The notes under the pieces are model-generated. The model searched no databases, was not told where the DNA came from, and saw nothing but the letters and a program-made list of their open reading frames with translations. Positions 19,297 through 29,003 of a DNA stretch of 64,000 nucleotides are shown here, piece by piece; position 1 is the first letter of the stretch; every line of letters starts with the position of its first letter. The position numbers and the translations under genes were made by a program. This stretch comes from a virus, in the IMG/VR virus record IMGVR_UViG_3300043256_000348, positions 28,948 to 92,947 of that record; one strand, written 5' to 3'.

Positions 19297-20207
19297 AGAC
19301 AGATCGAGAAATTATCGAACTGCTTGAGTGGACGGGACACCTACAATACCCGTTTGGGAAATACGTAGGTACCATTACGGCAGATGACATTGGATTGCTT
19401 TCGTTAACCGATCCGGTCGTCAAGGAAGCAATTCGCAGCTACCAGGATCTCCTAGTTGTCAGTCTCGAACCACTCGCACTGCGTCATCACGGGCGGTCCG
19501 TGTGTTGCGACGGCGACTGCGGGATCGCGACCCGGGAGTTGTTTGAGCAACCCCGGTGTGGCTGTCCTGATTACGGCCCGCAGGTACAGCCGGCCGTCGG
19601 GACCGGCAGTTGGAAACGGTGCCACAGCATCGGCGACTTCCACGCGGCGACCGTGTACGTTCACGAATCCGGTATGGCGTCGTGGCTGAAGCCGAAGTTC
19701 GATGAGGTATGGAAGCTCACCGTGGCGGCCTACGAGGCGTTGGGCCTGCGGTGGATTCGGACCGACAACCGGAATGCCAACATCGACTTCTCGTTCGTGA
19801 CCGGATCGCGAGGCTGGATCGGCCTGGCCATCGTCGGCTCCGGGCAATCCTGCGGTAGCCAAATTTGGTGCAAGTACCTGGCGAGCTGGCGGCCGTCAAA
19901 CGTTGTGCGAGAATGGGCCATCCTGGTGATGCACGAGCTGGGCCACAATGCAGGCCTCTACCATACGCGCGGCGGGGTAATGAACGCAGGGATAATCTAC
20001 GGCTTACCCGCTAGTTGGGCGGGGGATCCGGCCGAAAGCATTCTCAAGAGATATTACGGCGGTCAACCGATCGAGCCGGAGCCGCCGGTACCTCCGCCTC
20101 CGCCTCCCCCGCCACCTGGCCCAGAAGACGAAGAGTACGGGAGCCTGAAGATGTTCAGGGAGGGTAAGTGGAAAGATTTTGATGTACTTGAACGGGCGAA
20201 AGTTTGA
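19293..20207 (+). CDS. Matrixin (M10/MMP-like) zinc metalloprotease with cysteine-switch prodomain
   Basis: PRCGCPD switch, HELGHNAGLYH zinc motif, VMN Met-turn. Confidence 0.88.
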   Translation: MKTDREIIELLEWTGHLQYPFGKYVGTITADDIGLLSLTDPVVKEAIRSYQDLLVVSLEPLALRHHGRSVCCDGDCGIATRELFEQPRCGCPDYGPQVQPAVGTGSWKRCHSIGDFHAATVYVHESGMASWLKPKFDEVWKLTVAAYEALGLRWIRTDNRNANIDFSFVTGSRGWIGLAIVGSGQSCGSQIWCKYLASWRPSNVVREWAILVMHELGHNAGLYHTRGGVMNAGIIYGLPASWAGDPAESILKRYYGGQPIEPEPPVPPPPPPPPPGPEDEEYGSLKMFREGKWKDFDVLERAKV

Positions 20208-20443
20208 AAGGTGGATGAATGAGCGAAGGTATATCGATGTCCGAAGGCCGCGATGATACTAACTTGCATTCTCTTGTCTGTCCACACTGCAAACAGACGA
20301 CTTCGATTCCGGAAGTGCAAGCATTTGAGAAACAGCAGCTAGTTTACGTGCGCTGCGGGCATTGTAATGCAGGTATCACCAAAGAGCAAATCGCCAATAC
20401 CTACCGGGAGTACAAGTAACCTTTTTCCAAAAGGAGAGTCATT

Positions 20444-21019
20444 ATGTGGAGTCTAATTCTCACCGCGTTGTTGACGGCGACCCCAGCCCCCGTCGCCGAC
20501 AGTCCAACCGTCTGGACCATCGCGGCGGACGGCTCGATGGTGGAGTTGTGGCCAGGGCCTGTAGAAGTCGTACCGGAAGAGGAAGAGGCGGACAAGAAGG
20601 TGAAGGAATCACCTCAGCAGCAGGACATCCGGGTAGTGGCCTTCACGGCGACATGGTGTGCCGCCTGCTCCGAAGTGAAGTCGATCGTGCGGGAGATGCA
20701 GGAGCGCAGCTACCCTATCGAACTGGCCGACGCGGACGAGCCGAAGAACAGGGCAACGTTGCGGAAGTACCGGATCGAACAGCTACCGGCGTACATCATC
20801 TATTACAGGGACAAGCCGGTGGAGTATTGCGAGGGACCGCGGTCGCGGGCGGCCCTGGTCGATTGGATCAGTGACGAGCAGATCAAGCGGGCCAAGAGTG
20901 GGCCGTTGACCAACCCTGAAGACGCGCGGTTCTTCCGCGAGAAACATTGGGTGTTGTCGCGGGGGACGTGCGGCATGTTGGGTTGTTCGATTCACGGCGG
21001 AGGCTGGGTGCTGCGGTGA
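20444..21019 (+). CDS. Exported thioredoxin-like protein
   Basis: Signal peptide; FTATWCAAC; cis-Pro region IEQLP. Confidence 0.8.
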   Translation: MWSLILTALLTATPAPVADSPTVWTIAADGSMVELWPGPVEVVPEEEEADKKVKESPQQQDIRVVAFTATWCAACSEVKSIVREMQERSYPIELADADEPKNRATLRKYRIEQLPAYIIYYRDKPVEYCEGPRSRAALVDWISDEQIKRAKSGPLTNPEDARFFREKHWVLSRGTCGMLGCSIHGGGWVLR

Positions 21020-21279
21020 CACCGAAGCAGGCTGCACATATCGCCGCGGCGATGCTGGAGTGCCAACCCAAGGAGTTGTCCGAGGGACTGATTGCCCACC
21101 TTGAAACGCTCGACCGCTTGATGCGGAAGAGTTGCAGGCCAAACGGTCTAGAAAGCGTGGATCTCATCGCCGAAGCGGTGATCCAGGATCAACTGGGCCT
21201 GGCTGCGGTCGTGACGGACATCAACGACCGGCTAATGGAATTGGAAACACAGATCAGAGATTTACGGGAGAAGGGATGA
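21016..21279 (+). CDS. Hypothetical coiled-coil protein
   Basis: GTGA/ATGA coupling. Confidence 0.45.
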   Translation: MTPKQAAHIAAAMLECQPKELSEGLIAHLETLDRLMRKSCRPNGLESVDLIAEAVIQDQLGLAAVVTDINDRLMELETQIRDLREKG

Positions 21280-21896
21280 TTTGGCTCTACGGAATCCTGA
21301 TCGTATTGGCAGTCCTGTATGTCGTCGGTGCCGTGATCCTTTTCGCGGTGATGGTCCGCCAGCATTGGCACGGCACCGGACGGGAAGCGGTGTTCATCTC
21401 GTTGAGGATGGCCTTGCGGTGGCCAGCCTATATGTGGTTTGCATTAAACCTTATGGGCATCCTGAAGGATTCGTACTTCGTGTTGCTGCTACCGTTCGCA
21501 GCGATGACCGCCGTACTGGCAGCAATGGGCCGGCCGTGGTGGTGCGGCTGTGGAGGCTGGGAGCTGTACATCGTTAGCTCGCCCCACTATAGTCAGCACC
21601 TCTTCGATTCCTGGTCGTTCAGTCACTTCGCCCAGGGCGGAGCCTATTACGCGGCTGTCCGCGGTTTTACGCTACAGCGTTCCCGCCTCTTCGCCTTGGT
21701 GGGTTCGCTAGTGCCGGGCATCGTCTGGGAATTTGCCGAGAACAGCCGTTGGATCATTGGGGCATACCGCGACAGTGGTGCCCGCTGGTACGACGGCGAC
21801 ACGATCGCAAACGCCAACGGCGATCTGCTGTCCTGCCTCCTCGGCGCGCTGGTGATGTGCCTGATCCTGAAGACTGCAAAGGGGAGCCGGGCATGA
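21276..21896 (+). CDS. DUF2585 (UPF0314)-like membrane protein
   Basis: MGRPWWC.CG, SQHLFD.WSFSH, WEFAENS.WII..YR, Y.GDTI.N..GD. Confidence 0.75.
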   Translation: MIWLYGILIVLAVLYVVGAVILFAVMVRQHWHGTGREAVFISLRMALRWPAYMWFALNLMGILKDSYFVLLLPFAAMTAVLAAMGRPWWCGCGGWELYIVSSPHYSQHLFDSWSFSHFAQGGAYYAAVRGFTLQRSRLFALVGSLVPGIVWEFAENSRWIIGAYRDSGARWYDGDTIANANGDLLSCLLGALVMCLILKTAKGSRA

Positions 21897-22162
21897 AGAA
21901 ACTCGGCCGATACGTGGTCAACGTCCTAATCAGCTTAGATCAGTTAGCCAATTCCATACTGCTCGGGGACCCCGACGAAACGATCTCCTCTCGCCTCGGC
22001 AGGATCAAGGTCAAGTGGGGTGGCGAGATTCCCTGGACCCGTCCAGTATCACGAGTTACAGACCGGCTGCTTGATTGGATTGACCCTAATCACAGCAGGG
22101 ATAGTATTGAGCATAACGAAGGAAATAACGGCCTGGTCGATAGGCCGCATAAACCATTCTAG
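21893..22162 (+). CDS. Conserved phage protein
   Basis: NVLISLDQLAN..L.GDPDETISSRLG...WIDPNH. Confidence 0.7.
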   Translation: MKKLGRYVVNVLISLDQLANSILLGDPDETISSRLGRIKVKWGGEIPWTRPVSRVTDRLLDWIDPNHSRDSIEHNEGNNGLVDRPHKPF

Positions 22163-22173
22163 AGGAAAACGAC

Positions 22174-22578
22174 GTGAACGACATTCCGAAAATGCATGCC
22201 GTTCCAAACACCACCATCGGCGTCGGCGGTCCGGCCACGAACAGCCGGCCCATCCTGGTCGGTTGCGTGCGACAGGAGCATCACGGAGAGAGGCATTGCG
22301 AAAAGGGCCTGCTATCGACCTACTCCGTACTGTATGCCGATGGCCTGTTTTTGACGCACCCGATGTTGACGGCGGGGTGGAAGACCAAACACGAGGCGGC
22401 GAGGGGCCAAACGAACGACATTGGTCGCGGTGCGGTCGAGGTCGATGATGAATCGGTCTTGCTCGCGTTGGCGAAGATATACCAGTCAACGCTGAAGCGA
22501 GTTGAAGATGGTTGTTTTGAGGGTGCTGTACATGGGCACCTGGATCTTCATAGTCACGAGACACTTAACAAGGAGTAA
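22174..22578 (+). CDS. Hypothetical protein
   Basis: 134 aa ORF with GAGG SD. Confidence 0.45.
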   Translation: MNDIPKMHAVPNTTIGVGGPATNSRPILVGCVRQEHHGERHCEKGLLSTYSVLYADGLFLTHPMLTAGWKTKHEAARGQTNDIGRGAVEVDDESVLLALAKIYQSTLKRVEDGCFEGAVHGHLDLHSHETLNKE

Positions 22579-22581
22579 ACC

Positions 22582-22848
22582 ATGAACGCTTTACTATTCG
22601 CCGTCCTGCTGGGCGGCATCCCCGGATGTGAGAGCTGCACCACGTCCGTCAGCGAGACCGAGGCCCTGGAGGCCCGCGTGTCGTGCCAGGTTACGGTAGG
22701 CCATTCGCACAGTACGGTCGTGGCCCACGCGCCTGCGCTGGTCTATCGTCCGCTGTTCCGGCGTCCGCTGTATCATTTCCAACATCGTCGGTTCGCCCCG
22801 CTGCGAAGGCTGTGGCTGGCTCGGCCGGGGCTGGTTTTCAGGCGATGA
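22582..22848 (+). CDS. Small exported protein with Arg-rich tail
   Basis: AAGGAG SD; signal-like N-terminus; RPLFRRPL..RRFAPLRR. Confidence 0.55.
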   Translation: MNALLFAVLLGGIPGCESCTTSVSETEALEARVSCQVTVGHSHSTVVAHAPALVYRPLFRRPLYHFQHRRFAPLRRLWLARPGLVFRR

Positions 22849-23010
22849 TGACGAATGAAATACCTATGTGCTTTTGCCCTTAGCTTGCTTTCCATTGGGT
22901 ATATCGGATTCTTGGCTGGCCAGTTGGTTGCTGACCATCAGGCCGATCAGCGAGCTAAGGAATTTTGGCAAAGGCCCGCCACAGAGGTCGCGGAAGAATA
23001 GCCGACCGAT

Positions 23011-23214
23011 ATGACTGAAAAAATCTACAGCCCGATTGAAGTTGCCGAACTGCTCGACGTCGGGGAGGTCACGGTTTGGCGATGGTGCCGTCGCCGTGGG
23101 CTCGGCCGGAAGGTACGCGGCCGCTGGGAGATCACGGCCGGCGAGCTGCGGATATTCCGGAAGAACCTGCCGAAACCGGGGAGGCCACCGGGGAAAACCG
23201 GAGGAAATCCCTAG
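23011..23214 (+). CDS. HTH DNA-binding protein (excisionase/MerR-like)
   Basis: YSPIEVAELLDVGEVTVWRWC...GRKV.GRWEI...GRPP. Confidence 0.8.
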   Translation: MTEKIYSPIEVAELLDVGEVTVWRWCRRRGLGRKVRGRWEITAGELRIFRKNLPKPGRPPGKTGGNP

Positions 23215-23996
23215 TGGACTGAGGCGAAATGTCATAACTGTAGGCCATGTAAACACTTAGGTACAGGAGGAAATTTCCGGAAATCCGCCCGATTGCTATT
23301 GTAAATCTGTCCGCTCCAGTGTACACTATAGGCTGAATCCTGGAGCGGGACGATGCGACCCACAAACCCAACCCGAACTCGACGAAGCCCCGGCGGCCGG
23401 TCCCGCTCCAGCAGGATACCGGTTGTCGGGGTTTTCGTTGGCTGAAGGGAAAAGGAAATGACAAGCCAAACCCAAATGCGAAAAACGGAGAATGGAAAGA
23501 TGAAAGCTGTAATCGAATCACGCTTGATGGATTTCTACGGGCAATTGCCAGCTACAAAACGCCAACCCTACGGCCGCATCATTAACGCCTACCGTGCTGG
23601 TCGTGTGGCCGAGGCCGTAGATGCCGCCCGATGTTGGTGGGACGAAGTTCGGCAGCAGTTCAAAGTTAAGGGAAACGATTTCTGGGCATCGGACTTCGGA
23701 GCTGCTGGATGCTTGTTGAATATCCTAACTGGAATTTCAATCAATTGAATCAAGAGAAATCCATGAGTGATCAAAATACAGAAAGACGCGGTCATTTGAT
23801 TGCAACATCTATATGGAATTTTCTGGAAAGGCAGAAGTCGGTCAAGCTGGTCCCTTGGGTAGCCGAGTTAACGTCTCCACGGTATGACCCTGAGAAAGTT
23901 GCTCATATGGCTGGATACAAGCAAGCCCTCGAAGACATCAGGCAGATTGTAATCGAGGAAACCGAACGACTGAAAACCTAATTGGAGAAGGATACC

Positions 23997-24281
23997 ATGG
24001 CGGACGCGACCCACCGCCGAAACACTGAGGCCCCGGACGCCGCGCCCATCGGGTCGCACTGCGGGCAGGCGTTCGGGGTCGTTTTTGCGGAGGGCGTGAT
24101 GGATCCAACGACACTGGCACGGCTGCTCGATCGGTACGGGCAGCAACTCAGCGGAATCCTGACGGTGCAGGCCGGCTTCGTCGACCTGCTTGACGAGCAG
24201 CGGGCCGAACTGGAGCGGCTCCGCGAGCGAGTCCGCAAGCTAGAAAGGTGGGTAGCCGATGGCGCTAGCAGTAATGACTAG
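23997..24281 (+). CDS. Hypothetical coiled-coil protein
   Basis: SD + ATG; ELERLRERV. Confidence 0.5.
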   Translation: MADATHRRNTEAPDAAPIGSHCGQAFGVVFAEGVMDPTTLARLLDRYGQQLSGILTVQAGFVDLLDEQRAELERLRERVRKLERWVADGASSND

Positions 24282-24753
24282 CCGACAGGTCCGCAACGGG
24301 CAGTTGCGGGCGATGGGCATCCCGGCCGACGCAAGCTACCACCGGCACGTTGGTCCGGGCGACGAGGTCGCGGTGTCCCAGGTACAGGAGCAGCCGTTCC
24401 GGGCCGAGCGGTTCCTGGCCCGGGTCACGAGCGTGGCCGAGCACGGCCACTACACGGTCGTCAGATACGATCGGTGCGAGGGCGACGGCACGGGCGTGGC
24501 CCGGCTGTTCGATTCTGGCCCGCCGGACTGGGGCGTGATCGAGTTCCGCGTGGTACGCAAGGTTCACCGCCCGCCCTCGTCCCGGCAGGAGCGTGGCGGC
24601 GGGATGCTGGCGTCGCCGGAGAACCCCTTGGTGCGGCTGCGCCGGCCGGAGCTGTGCCCGGCGTGCGGTGGGCTCTGCGGCTGGCGGCCGAAGCTCGGCT
24701 GGCCGTGCCTTGCCTGCCGGACGGACAACTCAGACGCCGAAGATGTTGAGTGA
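24259..24753 (+). CDS. Hypothetical protein with C-terminal Zn ribbon
   Basis: CPACG...CLAC. Confidence 0.5.
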   Translation: MALAVMTSRQVRNGQLRAMGIPADASYHRHVGPGDEVAVSQVQEQPFRAERFLARVTSVAEHGHYTVVRYDRCEGDGTGVARLFDSGPPDWGVIEFRVVRKVHRPPSSRQERGGGMLASPENPLVRLRRPELCPACGGLCGWRPKLGWPCLACRTDNSDAEDVE

Positions 24754-25492
24754 GTGAGGGGCAAACCAGCCTGGGCGACCGGGCGTAGGAAAAGGGGGAA
24801 AGCGATGCACATTCATTTTGATCATTTCGACTGTCGGTCTTCCGTTACCACGATTCCTGTAGATCAAGAGATCCGCCTGAATGTAGAGGGCGACAGCATT
24901 ATTGGTATTTCAATGAGCGTTGAGGAGGCACAGGAATTAACGGTTGCTTTACAAGGGGCAATCGAAGAAGGTGTAAAGTGGAAAACGACTTGAATCGCCG
25001 GCGACGGCGGGGAGGTGAGAGGATGAGCCTGCAAGGCATTAAACAATTTGCCAACCTACTACGTACCATGCAGACCGTGCGTAATGAATTGCTACGAATG
25101 GGATGCGCCGAGAAACGAACGGACAAGCAGGATATTCGGCTTGCCCGCCTGGTGTCCGACGCTGACGAATGCGTCAAGGGGCGATTTACAGCCGAAACGC
25201 TCAAAATCGAACACGACTAACCCCAGCCAGCCCAACGGGCAGGAGGATAAGGTGAGTGAGCATATGAGCGCGTACGTCGCAGCTACGCACTGCGAGACAC
25301 ACGCCCAGGCAGCCCGAGAGGGTCGCTATCTACAGAATGGCTGTATCATCTGCGAGGCAGCCAAACTGGAGCAGAGCCATGCCGACCTGCTGGCCGCGTG
25401 CGAGGCAACCCTCGCCTGCGTGGGGCCACGCTTCGACACTTACCGACAACTCACTGCCGCCATCGCCAAAGCCAAGAAACCGGAGGGCAAAG

Positions 25493-27052
25493 ATGCTGAT
25501 TGAGCAACTCAAACACGCACGCCGGGTGAGCGTGCCGCTCGTGGCGGTGCAGACGCCAGACCCGGCCGCGACGATGCGAGTGATCGCGTCGGGACTGAAC
25601 GGCAAGCCAGCACCTGTGGTGGCCTGGGACATCGTCCGGGGCTGCTGGCCGGTCAACGAGGCAGGCCAAGAGGTCGCGGCCCTCACAGGAAGCGGCGATG
25701 ACGACCAGACCATCAGGCAGCCGGTGGCTTACCTGGAGTACGCGGTCAAGTTCCCGCCACGCACGATAGCATTCGCGTGCAACGCGCAAGAGTATATGGA
25801 CGACCCCGCGTTCCGGCAAGGGATTTGGAACCTCCGGGACGAGTTCAAGCGGGACCGGCGGATGCTGATCCTGCTGGCCCCGTCGATCGACCTGCCCGCG
25901 TCACTGAAGGACGACGTGGTGATGCTCGACGAATCCCTGCCGGACGGCGAGGTGCTACAGAAGATCGTCTGCGAGCAAGACGCGGCTGCCAATGCCTGCC
26001 AGGCGTGTGGCGGGGGCGGCACCGATGCCGGACTGGAGTGCGAGGACTGCCACGGGAGCGGCCAGAGCAATCGGAAGTCCGCCGACGAAGAGACTGTCGA
26101 CCAGGCGGTGGCAGCGACGCAGGGGCTCTCGGCCTTCGCCGCCGAGCAGGCCGTGGCGATGTCGCTGCGTCCCGAGGGGATCGACCTGGACCACCTCTGG
26201 GAGTCGAAGCGGCGGCAGATCGAGCAGACGCCGGGGCTGTCGGTCTGGCGGGGCGGTGAGACATTCGCCAGTGTCGGCGGGTTGGCTCATATCAAGGAAT
26301 TCATCGGGCGGGTGCTGACCGGCAAGCGGAAGCCTACTGCTATCGTGATCGTCGATGAGTTGGAAAAAATGATTGCCGGAGCCGAAGGGCAAATGAGCGA
26401 TTCGTCCGGCGTATCGCAAGGTATCTTGCAGGCGTTACTGACGCACATGCAAGATCACGAATCCCGCGGGCTGATTTTAGTAGGCCCCCCAGGTACAGGG
26501 AAGAGTCTTGTCGCAAAGGCCACCGGCGGAGAAGCGGGCATACCGACGATTTCCTGGGATAGCAACGCGATGAAAGGATCGCTAGTCGGAGAATCGGAGG
26601 GGAATGTTCGGACAGGTCTGAAGGTTATCTCTGCGGTCAGTGGCGACCATACGTTATGGGTTGCAACGTGCAACTCAGTTCGCGGAATCCCAACGGCACT
26701 GCGTCGCAGGTTTTCATATGGGACTTACTACGTCGATCTTCCGGATAGCACAGAGAAGACTGCTATCTGGAAATACTACCTTGCCGACTACGGAATCAAG
26801 TCACGCAAGTGTCCCGATGATGCGGGCTGGACGGGTGCGGAAATCAAAACGTGCTGTGAACTTTCGGATGATCTAGGCTGTACATTAAAAGAGGCGGCTG
26901 GCTACTTCGTCCCCGTGGCGAAGGCCATGCCGGACGAGATCGAGAAGCTACAGGCAGAGGCGGACGGCAAGTACATGTCGGCCAGCCACCCGTCGGTGTA
27001 TCGCCGCGACGTTCGCGACGACGGTGGGCGGGGCCGGAAAATCCAGGTATAA
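25493..27052 (+). CDS. Ycf46-like AAA+ ATPase with permuted motif order and Zn-finger insertion
   Basis: Ycf46-type N-domain, VGGL..IK, IVIVDELEK, GPPGTGKS, LVGESE, VATCN, GWTGAEI. Confidence 0.85.
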   Translation: MLIEQLKHARRVSVPLVAVQTPDPAATMRVIASGLNGKPAPVVAWDIVRGCWPVNEAGQEVAALTGSGDDDQTIRQPVAYLEYAVKFPPRTIAFACNAQEYMDDPAFRQGIWNLRDEFKRDRRMLILLAPSIDLPASLKDDVVMLDESLPDGEVLQKIVCEQDAAANACQACGGGGTDAGLECEDCHGSGQSNRKSADEETVDQAVAATQGLSAFAAEQAVAMSLRPEGIDLDHLWESKRRQIEQTPGLSVWRGGETFASVGGLAHIKEFIGRVLTGKRKPTAIVIVDELEKMIAGAEGQMSDSSGVSQGILQALLTHMQDHESRGLILVGPPGTGKSLVAKATGGEAGIPTISWDSNAMKGSLVGESEGNVRTGLKVISAVSGDHTLWVATCNSVRGIPTALRRRFSYGTYYVDLPDSTEKTAIWKYYLADYGIKSRKCPDDAGWTGAEIKTCCELSDDLGCTLKEAAGYFVPVAKAMPDEIEKLQAEADGKYMSASHPSVYRRDVRDDGGRGRKIQV

Positions 27053-27067
27053 TGAAAGGGATCATCA

Positions 27068-27349
27068 ATGGTCGTCTGGAAGTTTGTAATTCCCATGCGC
27101 GATGTATTGTCTATTCCGATGCCAATCGGTGCGGTAATCCTGCACGTAGACTGCCAGGGAGTGAAGCCGCTGCTTTGGGCACTTGTTGATCCAGAGTCGC
27201 CTGATGAACGTCGCGACTTTTGTTTCGTGAGAACGGGGCATCCTATCGAACCTCCCTCGCCGGGGCGGCAACTGGTGCATAGGGGCAGCATGCTGATGAG
27301 TCAAGGAGCATTGGTTTGCCACTTGTTTGAATATGCGAAAAGAGACTGA
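27068..27349 (+). CDS. Conserved phage hypothetical protein
   Basis: VWKF...MP.GA.IL.V..Q...LWALVDP...TGH. Confidence 0.65.
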   Translation: MVVWKFVIPMRDVLSIPMPIGAVILHVDCQGVKPLLWALVDPESPDERRDFCFVRTGHPIEPPSPGRQLVHRGSMLMSQGALVCHLFEYAKRD

Positions 27350-27710
27350 ACCGACAAGGCATGCGGATGCCGTTTAACACTTCCTGAAACCGCGTTATAA
27401 TGGAGGGTGCTATGCGACTCACACTAGACATCCTCGTGCTGGCGACGGCGACGCTCGTAGCGACGCTGACGTTGCTGGCCGGACTGCACTAACCAGGGGC
27501 CGCTGTGGCCCCGCAAACCGGAGGGCAAAGGATGAGCGCGTATACTGCAATTTTCTGTTTAATTGGTGCCACCTTATCTGTGGGGTATGGCGTTGCCGGA
27601 ATTCTCGCATTAGCCAGGGCAAAATACGACAAGGCCGCTGCTTTCCTCGCCGCGGCTTGCTTATTCGAGATCATAGTAAGTCGATGGCTTTGAAAGGAGG
27701 GCAATCGACG

Positions 27711-28604
27711 ATGGCTGACCAAGCACAAGCACTCCAAAACGGAACGCTTATCCTGGAGGTGATCTTCCACAAGCCGGGGATCACGCGTCGCGGCGACCTT
27801 GGCAAGGTCGAGACCGCCGCCGATAAGAAGCAGCTCGGCCTGTCGAAGAAGATCATCGACTCGCCCCAGTACAGGGCGGTGCTGCACGTCGCGAACGCCT
27901 GCCGCGAGTACCTCAAAAGCCTGGAGTTGGAGGCCCCGTTCAAGACCGGGCGGCACCTGCTGCCGCTGAAGCTGCTGGAGCGTGCGTACACCCGCGTGGA
28001 GGAAGCCGAGGTCGCGTACCACGAGGCGGCGGACGCATTCATTGCCGCGTACCCGGCGCAGGTCCAGGCCGCCAGGCAGTCGCTAGCCGACCAGTTCGAC
28101 GACGGCGACTACCCCGGCCTGGAGACTCTGCGAGAGCAATTCTGGGTCGAGCGCCGGGTCACGAGCTGGGACACGCCCGGCGAGGCGAAGATCGGCGAGT
28201 ACCTGTACGAGAAGGAAAAGAGCCGCGTGGCCGAGGAGCTGTCAAGCGTGGCCGAGGACGCGAAGTTGGCCCTCCGCGAGGGACTGCGAATCCTCACCGG
28301 CAAGCTGGCCGAAAGTTTGGGGCCGAAGCCGGACGGCAAGCGGCGGCGGCTGAGCGAGTCCACCGTAAAGAAGGTCACCGACTGGCTGGCATCATTCGAC
28401 GCCCGCAACGTGCTGGGCGACGCGGACCTGGGGGCCGTGGTGACCGACCTCAAGAGCGTGCTGAACAATCGCGGCGTGAAGGAACTCCGGACGAACGAAG
28501 GGATGCGAGCCGCCGTCAAGACCGAGCTGGAGCAGACAGGCAAGGCGCTGGAGGCCCTGCTTGTGGACGTGCCCGCACGGGCGATCAGCTTGGGGGACGA
28601 GTGA
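27711..28604 (+). CDS. DUF3150-like helical protein
   Basis: LSKKIID, F..G..LLP, F...DYP....LR..F; AAGGAGG SD; module context. Confidence 0.7.
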   Translation: MADQAQALQNGTLILEVIFHKPGITRRGDLGKVETAADKKQLGLSKKIIDSPQYRAVLHVANACREYLKSLELEAPFKTGRHLLPLKLLERAYTRVEEAEVAYHEAADAFIAAYPAQVQAARQSLADQFDDGDYPGLETLREQFWVERRVTSWDTPGEAKIGEYLYEKEKSRVAEELSSVAEDAKLALREGLRILTGKLAESLGPKPDGKRRRLSESTVKKVTDWLASFDARNVLGDADLGAVVTDLKSVLNNRGVKELRTNEGMRAAVKTELEQTGKALEALLVDVPARAISLGDE

Positions 28605-28822
28605 TGGAGCAGGATGAGATCAACAAAGCCCGGCTGGTACTGGCCCTTAAACGCGAGCTTGACGTGTGGGAGTGTGATGACGAACAGGTGCTCGCAGCTA
28701 CAAAGGGGACGTTTTTTAGGGCGCGAGTAGAGGTGCGGCTAGCTGTAGGCGATCTGTGCCGCGTACTCCGAAACGAGCTTCAGAACATCCTCATTGCAAT
28801 CGGTAAATGGTTTCGGCAATGA
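28604..28822 (+). CDS. Hypothetical protein, paralog of 2992..3246
   Basis: Direct sequence similarity. Confidence 0.65.
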   Translation: MEQDEINKARLVLALKRELDVWECDDEQVLAATKGTFFRARVEVRLAVGDLCRVLRNELQNILIAIGKWFRQ

Positions 28823-29003
28823 CCAGATTCCTATTCAGCCCGATAACCGTAGGCGTCGGCCGTCCTCAGCGGCAATGTCGGGTGGGGCGAGTTGCCCCTG
28901 ACATCGCCGATCAGCCGATGGGTAACGGCCGTGAAATCGACCGTCGGCTCCTTACTTCAACGACACGAGGCTGGGCGACCGGCCGCAACCGGAGGGCGTA
29001 ACC

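Noticed and set aside
23011-23460. Integrase/att lysogeny module
   Set aside because: Only an HTH gene is present; no tyrosine or serine recombinase is recognisable in the window.
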